Source: an uncultured virus (IMG/VR IMGVR_UViG_3300029705_005139) (lineage: Duplodnaviria; Heunggongvirae; Uroviricota; Caudoviricetes). From it: DNA of 64,000 nucleotides. Both the position numbers and the translations under genes were made by a program. Positions 28,438 through 38,220 of this stretch are shown here, piece after piece (position 1 is the first letter of the stretch; each line of letters begins with the position of its first letter). The notes below the pieces were generated by a model that made no database searches, was not told the origin of the DNA, and was given only the letters and a program-made list of their open reading frames with translations. The stretch lies in the IMG/VR virus record IMGVR_UViG_3300029705_005139. The stretch is one strand, 5' to 3'.

Positions 28438-29541
28438 TTAACTGTATAAATCCCAACTGCTCCCGTTGTCCACATAAGGGGCGTACAAATCCCAACCGGA
28501 GCCGTTGTCGATATAAATTTGGTAACCCTCATAAGCCGAGCCGCTGTCGATGTACACCATGCCCAAAGATCCCCAAATGGCATAGAGGGTCACATTGCCG
28601 CTTGGGGTATAGCTGCCGGTTGTGCCGGACGATGCCGTGCTGCTGGTAGCCCAGCCCAGGAACTCATAACCGCTCCGGGTAGGTGTGGGCAAGGTCACCG
28701 CTGCCGTGGAGGTGGACGAAGAGTAGATCGCATACAGATAAAGGGCCGCGTTGGTGGTGTAGGAAGCACCGGAATTATAACTGGTGCCGGTACCACTGGA
28801 ATTGGTATTCCACTTGCTGAAGGTATACTTGGTTGTCCTCGCCGCAGTCAGCGAAGTGGTACTGCAACTGCCGCCATTGGCATTTAAGGTCACCGTATAC
28901 GATCCCGCAGACGCATTGGCCTTGGTAGGTTTTGTGGTGCTGATGGTCGCCGCAACACCATAGGTCTTGTAATGGGTACTGGGTGCACCGCTGCCGCCGT
29001 TGGCATTGTATTGGATCGCATAGGTTGTGGTGGTGTAGGTGATGGTAGATGAGCCATTCCAGGAATTGTTCATACCAAAAATATGAGAGGTACTTTTGGT
29101 ATACAAAAACAGATAGTAGGATGTATTTTTGCTGAAGGACCCGGAAAAGGTCATGGTGACCGTGGTAGGCGACGTGGAACTTGTGGAGATGCCGGTTTTG
29201 CTTGCTTCGCTACCGATGGCATTGGTTCGGAAGGTACTGGCTGTATCACTGGTACCGCTGTCCGTATAGGTGGTACGGAGACTGCCGTATAACGCGCCGG
29301 TGGTAGTGCCTCGGCTGTAAACTTCAAAAGTAACCGACAGCGCGGAAATACTGCCGACCTTCGTGTCATTGGGTGTGGTGACCTTGATGATGACACCATA
29401 TTTGTTGTTGCCGCTGGGATCGGAAATGGAAACATTGATGCCGGTACTGCTTCCGTCAGATACCCAGGAGCCACTCGTGGGATACCAGACCTTACTGGCT
29501 CTGGCCCGCCAGCCGATTACGCTTGCATTCATCGTTGGCAT
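28438..29541 (-). CDS. Tail fibre/adhesin with InlB-B (Flg_new) repeats
   Basis: YNANGG...F..WNT...LYAIY and PTRSGYEFLGW...LYAIW; three 13-aa YxDxGS repeats at the C-terminus. Confidence 0.8.
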   Translation of the reverse strand: MPTMNASVIGWRARASKVWYPTSGSWVSDGSSTGINVSISDPSGNNKYGVIIKVTTPNDTKVGSISALSVTFEVYSRGTTTGALYGSLRTTYTDSGTSDTASTFRTNAIGSEASKTGISTSSTSPTTVTMTFSGSFSKNTSYYLFLYTKSTSHIFGMNNSWNGSSTITYTTTTYAIQYNANGGSGAPSTHYKTYGVAATISTTKPTKANASAGSYTVTLNANGGSCSTTSLTAARTTKYTFSKWNTNSSGTGTSYNSGASYTTNAALYLYAIYSSSTSTAAVTLPTPTRSGYEFLGWATSSTASSGTTGSYTPSGNVTLYAIWGSLGMVYIDSGSAYEGYQIYIDNGSGWDLYAPYVDNGSSWDLYS

Positions 29542-29544
29542 GGC

Positions 29545-30462
29545 TTACACCTTCTTGAAGAAAATTCTGCCCTTGGTACCGGCTGTGGGAAGTGCGGTGC
29601 CGTACTGATTGGCACTCAGCACCGTGTAGCCTGCCGCCAGAAGATTGGCAAGGCCGGTGGCACCATTACTGGAACCGGTACCGCCCTTGGCGATGGTCAC
29701 TGCACCGTCAGCAATCTTTGCTGTGGTGACCGCAGCGGCAGCAATTTTTGCGGTGGTCACATTCAAATCCGCAATCTTCACCGTGGTCACCGCACCGCTG
29801 CCGATTTTGGCAGCAACAACGGCACCGTCGGCGATTTTACCGGAAGATACATTGCCATCGGCAATCTTTGCCGTGGTGACAGCGGCATCAGCCAGCTTTT
29901 CCGTGGTGACCGCAGCGGATGCGATTTTTCCGGATGTGACAGCATTGCTGGCGATCTTTCCGGTAATCACACAGGCACTGCCCAGATGGTCACTGGTGAT
30001 CACGGGCAGATACACCATAGATTCTGCCGCCGTGGAAATAATGGAAGCGATACCCGCACTGCCCAGGGTCAGGGTGCAGAATACGAACTCATACTGCGTT
30101 CCGCTGCCGTTGATGTCCTCCCGGGTCAGAGAAGAAAAAGCGGCTTCGGAGGACGCATATTCCACCACAAAGTCTGCCTGTTCAAAAGTGTCCGCTGTGG
30201 CTACCTGGGTAAAATCCAGCTTTAAAACCACCCGGGCATAACCGCTGGTGCCGCCGTCCACTGTGACCGTGGTATTGGAGGTCAGCTTCATCTGCCGTCC
30301 TGCGGCAATAAAGTAGCCGGGAGAAATAGTCAGGGATGTTCCGCTAAAGGAAACACCGCAGCCGCTCATAATGCCGTCGGTCACCAGGCATTGGAACAGC
30401 CGTCCATGATCCTTTGCGGTAACGGTCTGGTTGTCAAAGTTAATACCATGAATATTGCTCAC
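29545..30462 (-). CDS. Baseplate/tail fibre protein with 10-aa repeats
   Basis: About ten [14 protein letters not shown] units. Confidence 0.8.
   Translation of the reverse strand: MSNIHGINFDNQTVTAKDHGRLFQCLVTDGIMSGCGVSFSGTSLTISPGYFIAAGRQMKLTSNTTVTVDGGTSGYARVVLKLDFTQVATADTFEQADFVVEYASSEAAFSSLTREDINGSGTQYEFVFCTLTLGSAGIASIISTAAESMVYLPVITSDHLGSACVITGKIASNAVTSGKIASAAVTTEKLADAAVTTAKIADGNVSSGKIADGAVVAAKIGSGAVTTVKIADLNVTTAKIAAAAVTTAKIADGAVTIAKGGTGSSNGATGLANLLAAGYTVLSANQYGTALPTAGTKGRIFFKKV
29680..30010 (-). repeat. 30-bp/10-aa degenerate tandem repeat
   Basis: [27 protein letters not shown] etc.; edges approximate. Confidence 0.85.
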
Positions 30463-31424
30463 AGTTTTCCTCCTTTCAGGCGTTCTGTCAGAGTGGTTGC
30501 CAGTTCGCCGCTTTTGTAATGGAATCGGTTATCGGAAGAAGAAATTCCGATGTAGGAAATGTAGGAGGTCATAAGGCCTCCGTCCAGACGAATCCGGGTA
30601 TTGTCGTATAGATCAAAAGCACGGGTGCTGCGCCACTCGATCTTGTGGCTGTTGGAATTCTGGGAAAAGATGTCGCTGACCTGTTCGGCCATATCCGCTT
30701 CATCTTCCAACGCCACCACCTTCCATTCACCATCCGGTCTGCGGATCGGGACGGAAGTGGTGATATCACCGTCTTCCGTGAGGTAGTAATCCACACCCAC
30801 ACCAAACTGGTATGCCGTAACCTTTGCCACGGAGGAGCGGCTGTAGGAACGGGAGATCAGCTGCGACCTGCCATCGTCAAACACGATGTTGTGAGTGGGT
30901 CTGTCTCTGTGATAAATCTGAATGATGAGAGCGTCACCGGACACAGAGAATTTCACCTGGACATCCCGGAGGCGGTTGACCTTTCGCATATAGGTTTTCA
31001 GACTGTACAGGCCATCGGTTACGGTGGGGCCAAGGAATGCGGTCATGTCCGTATTGCTGATCTGCAAATACGGCATGGCATAGGCATCGTCCGGACAGGC
31101 CTTGTAATGCAGCTCCAGTTCCCGGGCCAGATAGTTGCCAATGGAGAGGTCGCTTTCTGCATAAGGCAGCAGTCTGTCAAAGACGCAGCGGACATCCATA
31201 ACATTGACCACGGTCTGCTGCTCTTCCGGAGACACCTGGTCAATGAGCCAAATATGGCCGTCCATGATGAGGAAGTCACCCTCGTTGCCCCGGCTGACCG
31301 TAGTGCCGCAGAGTGTGATGCTGCCAACATCGTCCTCTATGGATGCCAGAGGGACCTCCCATGCAACTGCCTCTGCCGCGGCAACGGTTCTGAAATTTTT
31401 TCTGCTTTTTACAAAGGCGATCAT
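30459..31424 (-). CDS. Tail (Tal/hub-like) protein
   Basis: Position after the distal tail gene; 321 aa. Confidence 0.7.
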   Translation of the reverse strand: MIAFVKSRKNFRTVAAAEAVAWEVPLASIEDDVGSITLCGTTVSRGNEGDFLIMDGHIWLIDQVSPEEQQTVVNVMDVRCVFDRLLPYAESDLSIGNYLARELELHYKACPDDAYAMPYLQISNTDMTAFLGPTVTDGLYSLKTYMRKVNRLRDVQVKFSVSGDALIIQIYHRDRPTHNIVFDDGRSQLISRSYSRSSVAKVTAYQFGVGVDYYLTEDGDITTSVPIRRPDGEWKVVALEDEADMAEQVSDIFSQNSNSHKIEWRSTRAFDLYDNTRIRLDGGLMTSYISYIGISSSDNRFHYKSGELATTLTERLKGGKL

Positions 31425-31426
31425 GG

Positions 31427-32299
31427 TTACACACTCCGATAGTAGTAATAGACCCGGACGGTTGCCGTACCCTCCACCGCCTCATCTGCTGAAAGGTACA
31501 AGGTGCAGTCCTCATCAATGGGAATCCGGGGAAAGGGTTCATAAGCAAGATCCAGATAGGCAACGGCATCTGTAACCTTGCCGTTGGAATCCGTTACGGT
31601 CACATAGCTGTTGCCGTACTTGGTGGAGATCTCAAGGGTGTCGCCACTGTTTGTGGTGAGGTTCAAAGCACAGGTGCCGTAGACTTTCCCGGAGTCTGTT
31701 CCCTTGAGGATCAGCTTGGGGTTGATGATGCCACCCACATAGGTGAACACGAAAGCCGCCGGAATATGACCTTCCGCACTGACATCTGCCGCCATGCTGC
31801 CTGCGTTGGAGGAACTGTAGATCAGAGCGGAGTTATACTGGAAGGGATACCGAAGCACACTGCCTTCCTCGGAAGACATGGTCATCCGGGAGGGTGTTGC
31901 TGTATACCAGGGAGTCGTGCAGGCCATGGAGGCAGGAACGGACAGCCAGCGTGTGTCCGTTAGTTCCGTCTTGGTCAGATAGTTCAGCTTGATGCCCCGG
32001 AAGAACTCTTTGGTTCCGTAGGGCTTATACACCAGAAACAGTTCCTCCGAGGCGGTACACCAGTCCACAAACTCCCGGTAATCTTCATAGGCATTGGCAC
32101 CGATGAACACCAGATCGCAGGCCACCGTGGTCTGAGGTTCGGACTCACCGCTGACTGCCCGGAAAAAACCCTTATGCAGATCTGCGAAGGAGGGCGACAG
32201 AGAAAGGCCCAGTCCTGTGGGGTTGGAAAGAAAAATGCCAGACTCGCCATTTAAGGCACGTCTGACACCCAGATTGGTTTCCATATAGAACTTTCTCAA
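31427..32299 (-). CDS. Distal tail (Dit) protein
   Basis: Directly follows the tape measure gene; C.TPWY, YY.Y.SV end. Confidence 0.75.
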   Translation of the reverse strand: MRKFYMETNLGVRRALNGESGIFLSNPTGLGLSLSPSFADLHKGFFRAVSGESEPQTTVACDLVFIGANAYEDYREFVDWCTASEELFLVYKPYGTKEFFRGIKLNYLTKTELTDTRWLSVPASMACTTPWYTATPSRMTMSSEEGSVLRYPFQYNSALIYSSSNAGSMAADVSAEGHIPAAFVFTYVGGIINPKLILKGTDSGKVYGTCALNLTTNSGDTLEISTKYGNSYVTVTDSNGKVTDAVAYLDLAYEPFPRIPIDEDCTLYLSADEAVEGTATVRVYYYYRSV

Positions 32300-34764
32300 A
32301 TCGCCGCCCCCAGTCTTGCATTGAATTTCACGAACAGATAGTCGATGGTCGCCTCATCCAGAGTCTGAGGATAGATGTTGATCACGGTCTGTGCCGCTGT
32401 GGTACCGGGAATGCCGTTGGTACCGATGTTGCCGTTCACATCAATCTGAGAAGGCAGGCTTGTAGACAGATCCGCAGCCAGACCATGCATAACATCATTG
32501 ATGTCGCCAGCCATAGCTTCGGCGGCCTTCACCGCATCATCACCATTGTCCTCAATGGAGCCAGACAGGCCCTTCACCAGCATTTCGCCCACCCACTGCA
32601 TTTCACGGGAAGGAGATCTGATGCCGAAGAAATTGCAGATGCCGTCCCAGATGGAACTGATCCAGGCAGACACCTTGTTCCATAACCACCCCGCCAGGGA
32701 CTGGATTCCAGACCAGAGGCCACGCACCAGATTGGCACCCACATTTTGAAGCTGAGATACACCCTCTCCAAATGCCGAGACCAGACCGGAAAGAATCACC
32801 GGCACAGCCTTGAGAATTTCTACCAGAATGGACGGCAAATTACCGATCAGAGAAACCAGCAATTTTACACCTGCGGCCACGATTTCGCCGCTGCTGCCGA
32901 CTATGGTAGAACTTAAACTTCCCACGATCATAGGAACGGCAGTGAGGATGGTGGAAATGATGAGTGGCAGATTCTGGATCAAAGAAATCAGCAAACTGAC
33001 TCCCGCTTCCACCAATTGTGGAATGGAGCCCAAAATGGCAGAGACCAGGTTTTCTATGATCAACGGGACTGCTGTGAGAATGGTGCCTATGATTACATCC
33101 AGATGGGAAATCAAAGAAGTGAGCAATTGGACACCCGTCTGGATGATCAGAGGGATACAACTGAGAATCGAGGTCACCAGGGAATCCATGATGACCGGGG
33201 TGGATTCCAGCAAAACAGGAATGGCAGTGAGCAGACCCTCTGCCAGACTTTGGATCAGCTGGAGCGCCGCCGCGATCAATAAATCGAGACTGCCCAGCAG
33301 CCCTTCTACCACGGTGACCACGGCCAGTACCGCAGAGGGCAGCAAATCCGGCAAGGCCGCGTTCAGACCCTCAATCAGGCCCAAAACCAACATTCCCGCC
33401 GACTCCACCAAGAGTGGCAAACTGCCGACGATAGAATCTGCCACCGTTAAAACTGCCTGTACCGCAACGGGAATCAGACCCGGCAGCATTCCGAGGAGCG
33501 CAGAGAGAACCTGAGAAAAAAGGCTGCCTGCGGTTTCCAGTAAAACCGGAAGCAAACTGCTTACGGCAGAAAGAATGCCCTCCATGGCGATGGGCAATGC
33601 GGCGATCACATTTTCTATGATCGGCACCACATTGGTCACCACAGCCTGGAAGGCATCCACTACATTTTGGGTCAGATTCACCATATCCGCATTGGCATTG
33701 CCGAGGCCTGCGGTAAAGGAACCGACAGCCGCCTGGAGCAAGCCAATGGAGCCGGTGATGCTCTCGGTAGCTTCCCGTTCAAAGTTGCCAGCGTACTGCT
33801 GGGTGTTTTCCAGGAACATCATCATGGCCATTTCGGCCTTCTCTGCCTGGGACGCTTTATCCCAGCAGAAGTCAAAACCCTTACCCAGGGCATAGGCTTC
33901 AATGTTGGTGGCATTCATGGCAACGCCAAGGTTGTCCATCATGGTGAAGTTACCTTTGGCGGCACCGGCAACGGACTCCATGGCCATGGACATATCAATG
34001 CCCATAACAGATGCCATGTCCGCAGTTCTCTGCATGGCCTGGGTAGTCAGATCCAGGCTTTTCTGCTGAGACAGACCGGCACCCTGGAACAGGGCGCCCA
34101 TCTTATTGGCTGTGGCCAAATATTCACTCTGGGACAGGCCCAGGTTACGATAGGCATCTTCGCCTGTTTTCTGGATTTCTGCCGCATATTCTCCGAATAC
34201 AGCCACCGAGCCACCCAGATTCTGCTCCAGCTCACCAAACTGCTGGACAACTTCCGTACCCAGTTTGATGGCAGCGGCACCGGCGGCAACAACCACCGTG
34301 CCCATGGCTGTACCGACTGTTTTCAGAACCTTTCCCAGGTTCTCGAACTTGCTACCGGACTTTTCCGCAGCGTCCGCAGATTCCTCCAATTCTTCGCCCA
34401 GATCATCTGCTTCCTCCGCAGTCTGAGCCATTTCCCTCTCCATATCATTCAGTGCGGCTTCGGCATTGTTCAGCTGGATCTGCCACTGCTGGGTGCGCTT
34501 ATCGTTCTCACCGAAGGACTCCGTGGCATTCTGCAATGCTTTACGGAGCATTTCGATTTTTTCCTTCTGCTGATCGATCTCCTTGGAAAGCACCTTATGC
34601 TTTGCCGCCAGAGCCTCGGCAGAGGTATCATTTTTATCAAACTGGGAGGAAACCAGCTTCATTTCCGATCCCAGCACTTTGAAGGACTGGTTGATCTCGG
34701 TGAGGGCCTTCTTAAATTCCTTTTCACCCTCCAGACCGATTTTTAAGCCGAAAGAATCAGACAT
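32296..34764 (-). CDS. Tape measure protein
   Basis: MSDSFGLKIGLEGEKEFK, coiled coil, amphipathic repeats, FFGIRSPS. Confidence 0.93.
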   Translation of the reverse strand: MSDSFGLKIGLEGEKEFKKALTEINQSFKVLGSEMKLVSSQFDKNDTSAEALAAKHKVLSKEIDQQKEKIEMLRKALQNATESFGENDKRTQQWQIQLNNAEAALNDMEREMAQTAEEADDLGEELEESADAAEKSGSKFENLGKVLKTVGTAMGTVVVAAGAAAIKLGTEVVQQFGELEQNLGGSVAVFGEYAAEIQKTGEDAYRNLGLSQSEYLATANKMGALFQGAGLSQQKSLDLTTQAMQRTADMASVMGIDMSMAMESVAGAAKGNFTMMDNLGVAMNATNIEAYALGKGFDFCWDKASQAEKAEMAMMMFLENTQQYAGNFEREATESITGSIGLLQAAVGSFTAGLGNANADMVNLTQNVVDAFQAVVTNVVPIIENVIAALPIAMEGILSAVSSLLPVLLETAGSLFSQVLSALLGMLPGLIPVAVQAVLTVADSIVGSLPLLVESAGMLVLGLIEGLNAALPDLLPSAVLAVVTVVEGLLGSLDLLIAAALQLIQSLAEGLLTAIPVLLESTPVIMDSLVTSILSCIPLIIQTGVQLLTSLISHLDVIIGTILTAVPLIIENLVSAILGSIPQLVEAGVSLLISLIQNLPLIISTILTAVPMIVGSLSSTIVGSSGEIVAAGVKLLVSLIGNLPSILVEILKAVPVILSGLVSAFGEGVSQLQNVGANLVRGLWSGIQSLAGWLWNKVSAWISSIWDGICNFFGIRSPSREMQWVGEMLVKGLSGSIEDNGDDAVKAAEAMAGDINDVMHGLAADLSTSLPSQIDVNGNIGTNGIPGTTAAQTVINIYPQTLDEATIDYLFVKFNARLGAAI

Positions 34765-34860
34765 TTTTCCTCCCTTCTAAAGCATTTGGTATCATGAGGT
34801 TTTATTTCGCATATAATATATTGAGCAGCAAAAACATCAGTAAATTTATCAGCAAAACTA

Positions 34861-34889
34861 TTGATCTTTTTGCCGTGCTATGATATACT
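34861..34889 (+). promoter_or_regulatory. Sigma-A promoter of the TA operon
   Basis: TTGATC-17-TATACT with TG extension. Confidence 0.7.
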
Positions 34890-34910
34890 GAATATGCGGA
34901 GGTGAACATT

Positions 34911-35234
34911 ATGGTTAATATTGCAAGTGCGATTAGAAATACTGTTTCTATATCCCTTTTTAACAGAGGCTTAGCAGGAAAAATTTTTGAAGAAGTAAAG
35001 CAGACCGGAGCAAAAGTTGTCATGAAAAACAACATCGCTGAATGTGTTCTGCTTGCTCCCGATGAGTACCTTCGTTTGATGGACGAGGTTAACGATGCAA
35101 GACTTCTTACCATGGCTACCGAGCGTATGGCTCACTACAATCCTGCATCTGTCATTTCCGGTGATGCACTTTATGCAGAATTGGGTATCTCTCAGGCAGA
35201 TCTGGATGAAATTGGTGAGGTAGACATCGAATGA
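34911..35234 (+). CDS. Phd/YefM-family antitoxin
   Basis: VSISLFNRG.A.KIFEEV....KVVMKNN...VLL.P.EY; RBS GGAGGTG. Confidence 0.88.
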   Translation: MVNIASAIRNTVSISLFNRGLAGKIFEEVKQTGAKVVMKNNIAECVLLAPDEYLRLMDEVNDARLLTMATERMAHYNPASVISGDALYAELGISQADLDEIGEVDIE

Positions 35235-35560
35235 AATGGAAGCTTGTTTATCTACCAGAAGCAGCAAAAGACTTAAAAAACCTTGCCGGAAACCAACGGT
35301 TAATGGTTGTTAAAGCCATCAATAAGGTTCTTGAAAACCCTCTTCCTGCACAGGAAGGCGGGTATGGAAAACCTCTGGGAAATAAAAGAGGAAATGACTT
35401 ATCCGGTTTCTTAAAAATCAAGCTCAGGAGTGCCGGTATTCGGGTGATCTACAAACTAATCCAGACCGAAACGGAAATGCTTGTTGTGGTAATTGGAGCC
35501 AGAGAAGATGAAGAGGTCTACGAAACTGCGCAGCATCGTGCAAGCAAACACAATTTATAA
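35231..35560 (+). CDS. RelE/ParE-family toxin
   Basis: A.KDLK.L, GKPLG...L.G..KIK....RVIY.....IG.R...VY; ATGA overlap. Confidence 0.9.
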   Translation: MKWKLVYLPEAAKDLKNLAGNQRLMVVKAINKVLENPLPAQEGGYGKPLGNKRGNDLSGFLKIKLRSAGIRVIYKLIQTETEMLVVVIGAREDEEVYETAQHRASKHNL

Positions 35561-35565
35561 TCGCG

Positions 35566-35600
35566 CATCCCATCCAGCTAATCATGCTGGATGGGATTTT
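35566..35600 (+). terminator. TA operon terminator
   Basis: ATCCCATCCAGC / GCTGGATGGGAT followed by Ts. Confidence 0.8.
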
Positions 35601-35809
35601 TATATACCTGGCGGGATGATCTCATCGATAAAGACCTCCCGTCTGGGTTTTGCAATACCGTTATACTGCTTGTGGCACTCCCAGAGATCCAGGAGTAAGC
35701 CAAAAGGCATCAGCCAGACTTCCTCCCAGGAAAGATGCAGCAGGCCGATGCCGTAATAAAGCAGTCGGGTAAATAACTCTTCGTCACTTACCCGACTGCC
35801 GCGTTTTTT
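35600..35809 (-). CDS. Tail assembly chaperone C-terminal (gpT-like) frame, reached by -1 frameshift
   Basis: Slippery A AAA AAC at 35809-35803; -1 frame ..EELFTRLLYYG..EVWLMPFGLLLDLWECH. Confidence 0.85.
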   Translation of the reverse strand, partial: KKRGSRVSDEELFTRLLYYGIGLLHLSWEEVWLMPFGLLLDLWECHKQYNGIAKPRREVFIDEIIPPGI

Positions 35810-36171
35810 GTGTCTGCCTCGCTTTCGATATGCCGTTTGGTACCTTTCAGCAGACATTCGGTGATGGCACTCTTGAAATCACCCAGTTCCACAGGGGTGG
35901 TCAGCAGTTCCACCATTTCCTCCGTCAGCAGGGTGCGACGGGAATCGGGATTCCGGAGATTGTGGATCAGCAGACTCTGGTTGGCCAGCAGGGTGATGAG
36001 CCAGACGATTTCGGAGATGGCCAATTCGAAGTTTTCGGACTTCATCAGCTTATCGCCCAGATTCTCCAGACCACCGTAGCGACCGGCGATGTCCTTGGTG
36101 GCCTTGGTGGTGAGAATCAGGGCATATTCTTCACCGCCGATGGTGATCACGGCACTGCGTTCCATATCCAT
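35788..36171 (-). CDS. Tail assembly chaperone (gpG-like)
   Basis: Between major tail and tape measure genes; ends TKNAAVG. Confidence 0.88.
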   Translation of the reverse strand: MDMERSAVITIGGEEYALILTTKATKDIAGRYGGLENLGDKLMKSENFELAISEIVWLITLLANQSLLIHNLRNPDSRRTLLTEEMVELLTTPVELGDFKSAITECLLKGTKRHIESEADTKNAAVG

Positions 36172-36185
36172 AGGTCAGATCCTCC

Positions 36186-36788
36186 TTATTCGTCAGTGGG
36201 TGCTACGGCACCATAGGTGGGTTCGTACACTTCGTTATACCAGTTGGTAATAACGGTAGCGGTGACGTTGGCATCACCTTCGGTCACTTCTGCCTTCCAG
36301 GGATGCTTGCCGTTATCGTCCGGCTTGTTCCGGCGCAGAATGGTACCCTCAATGGTGGGTGTAGAGAAGGTGATGCTGTCGCCCTTGGTGGCAAGCACCG
36401 TACCGGGGATGCCGAACTTCACCTTATACAGCCAGAAATACTTATACTTGCCGTTGGCCTTCTTTGCCCGGAAGCCGATGGCCACGGGAGTGCCGCCGTC
36501 CTCACTGCAATAGACCACAACACCGTTGCTGTCGATGACGGAGCCGCTGAGAACAGATGCAACCGTCGCACCCAGGTCATCCACGCCCAGGGACAGCTTG
36601 CCGTTTTTGAATTCCTTGACCACCTCCGCAGCACCGTCATCCGCGTACAGGGTGGCCTCCGCCAGTTCCACGGACAGATCCGCGCTCATGGCCTTTGCCA
36701 GCTGCACGGGGGTGCCATAGGTTTCGTTGCCTTCGGCATCTTCCGTGATGGGTGCGTAATACAGTTTATCCAGACCGATTGTTGCCAT
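36186..36788 (-). CDS. Major tail protein
   Basis: MATIGLDKLYYA, LYADDG, VAIGFRA, WLYKVKF. Confidence 0.93.
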   Translation of the reverse strand: MATIGLDKLYYAPITEDAEGNETYGTPVQLAKAMSADLSVELAEATLYADDGAAEVVKEFKNGKLSLGVDDLGATVASVLSGSVIDSNGVVVYCSEDGGTPVAIGFRAKKANGKYKYFWLYKVKFGIPGTVLATKGDSITFSTPTIEGTILRRNKPDDNGKHPWKAEVTEGDANVTATVITNWYNEVYEPTYGAVAPTDE

Positions 36789-36791
36789 AGG

Positions 36792-37133
36792 TCATTCCTC
36801 CAATTCATAGTAATGAGCTACATCCACAGCATAGTGGTGGTAGCCGGTTTCGGTTTCGTAGCCGATGTATCTGCGTTCTGTGATCGTATAGCCCTGCGAG
36901 AGCAGTGCTGCTATGATCCGGTTTTTATCCTTCACATAATTGCCTTTAGAGTACAGAGAAAGGCGCACCTCTTGAATATCGTACCCGGGAGCGTTATCCG
37001 CATGAAAATCAAAAGAATCCGTCAGCGGCACGACCACCAGATAGGTATCCGGAGCCTTGCCCTTAAAAACACCTGCAAAATAAGGGATTCTCAGATCGGT
37101 TAGCACCTGATCCATATCCTCCAGAATGCTCAC
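36792..37133 (-). CDS. Tail terminator/completion protein
   Basis: Position; YE.ETGYHHYAVD. Confidence 0.75.
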   Translation of the reverse strand: MSILEDMDQVLTDLRIPYFAGVFKGKAPDTYLVVVPLTDSFDFHADNAPGYDIQEVRLSLYSKGNYVKDKNRIIAALLSQGYTITERRYIGYETETGYHHYAVDVAHYYELEE

Positions 37134-37561
37134 AGCTTCTGCACCTCCTCTTCAAAGGTTCGCTGCATGGCGCTGATGCACTCTTTCCGGGATGCAGTCT
37201 TTGCCGGTTTCAGGAAAGGCTTTGCCTGCTGTCCATGCTTTCCGTATTCCAGAATGTTGGCGATTTTGGCATTGCTGCCGCCGTCCTTACGAGGCTCGGC
37301 AAAACCGACTTTGATGTCATGGTTGCCCTGGGCATTGACTTTCACCGGAGACAGACCCAGAGAACCCACCAGTTCGCCGGTGGATCTGGATTCGTATCTC
37401 GTATCCGCGCCCACCACAGCGGAGAGGTTTCCCTGCACTTTTTGCAGGACAACTTCGCCGCCGGCTTCCAGGACAGTTTCGGCAATGGAATCGAAATCCT
37501 TACCCAGCCGGGAGATCTGCATCAGAAAGTCCTCCGGCATTTTCACATCACATTTAGCCAA
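37130..37561 (-). CDS. HK97 gp10-family protein
   Basis: TTG start; STGEL..S, ILEYG....AKPFLKPA. Confidence 0.85.
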   Translation of the reverse strand: MAKCDVKMPEDFLMQISRLGKDFDSIAETVLEAGGEVVLQKVQGNLSAVVGADTRYESRSTGELVGSLGLSPVKVNAQGNHDIKVGFAEPRKDGGSNAKIANILEYGKHGQQAKPFLKPAKTASRKECISAMQRTFEEEVQKL

Positions 37562-37889
37562 CGGTGGACACCACCTTTTTTGCCAGGACTTCCACATACA
37601 TACCCCTTCCCTTCACATCCTCTACGGAGGTGATCTCAAAACGGTCACCGTCACTGATAAGAAACATATCGGTTGTGACCGTGATGCCGGGTATGGTTCG
37701 GAACCGGAACAGATCTGTAGCAGTAGAAAACGTAGCCAAGTTCGCCCACCGCTGGGACCCGTGCCGCCCCTCCCGGTAAACCCGGACAGAGGCAACCACG
37801 GTATCTTCATAGGTGGCGAAGCCTTCGCTGTCTTTCGCAGCGGTGACGGAAATAATATCAGCGAAACCATTCATTTTTCCAAAACTCAT
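37554..37889 (-). CDS. Head-tail adaptor/head closure protein
   Basis: MSFGKM, FRFR, FEI.SVEDVKGR.MY.EV.A. Confidence 0.85.
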   Translation of the reverse strand: MSFGKMNGFADIISVTAAKDSEGFATYEDTVVASVRVYREGRHGSQRWANLATFSTATDLFRFRTIPGITVTTDMFLISDGDRFEITSVEDVKGRGMYVEVLAKKVVSTVG

Positions 37890-37891
37890 GG

Positions 37892-38203
37892 TCACACCTT
37901 CCATTCTCTGTCAAGTCGCAGGAGTAGGTTAACGGTTGTCCAGACCTGTTGGGAGGCCTGGACATTATCCGCAAAAAAGCCGCCTGTGCTGCCATCTCTC
38001 GACTCATAAAAGTGGGAGGCAAGCATGATGACGGCCTGTTCCGTAGTGGGCGGCATAACACCGTCACTGTAGGAACCGGCTGGAATGTGCTGATAGCTTT
38101 CGGCATAGGAAACGGCGGCAGTGATGAAGCTCTGCAAAAGCGCATCATCTGCTGTATGCTCCAGAATCAGATTCCGTTTTACCTTTGTCAGAAGTTCCTC
38201 CAT
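37892..38203 (-). CDS. Head-tail connector (gp6-like)
   Basis: KVK.NL..EH..DD.LL...I.AA..YAE; AV.ML.SHFYE.R. Confidence 0.88.
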   Translation of the reverse strand: MEELLTKVKRNLILEHTADDALLQSFITAAVSYAESYQHIPAGSYSDGVMPPTTEQAVIMLASHFYESRDGSTGGFFADNVQASQQVWTTVNLLLRLDREWKV

Positions 38204-38220
38204 CACTGCCACCTCCCATC

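Noticed and set aside
28438..29541. Tail fibre C-terminal repeats as a diversity-generating retroelement target
   Set aside because: No reverse transcriptase or template repeat seen; the repeats are ordinary 13-aa protein units.
29680..30010. 30-bp periodic repeats as a CRISPR array
   Set aside because: They are degenerate, in-frame coding repeats with no spacers and no cas genes.
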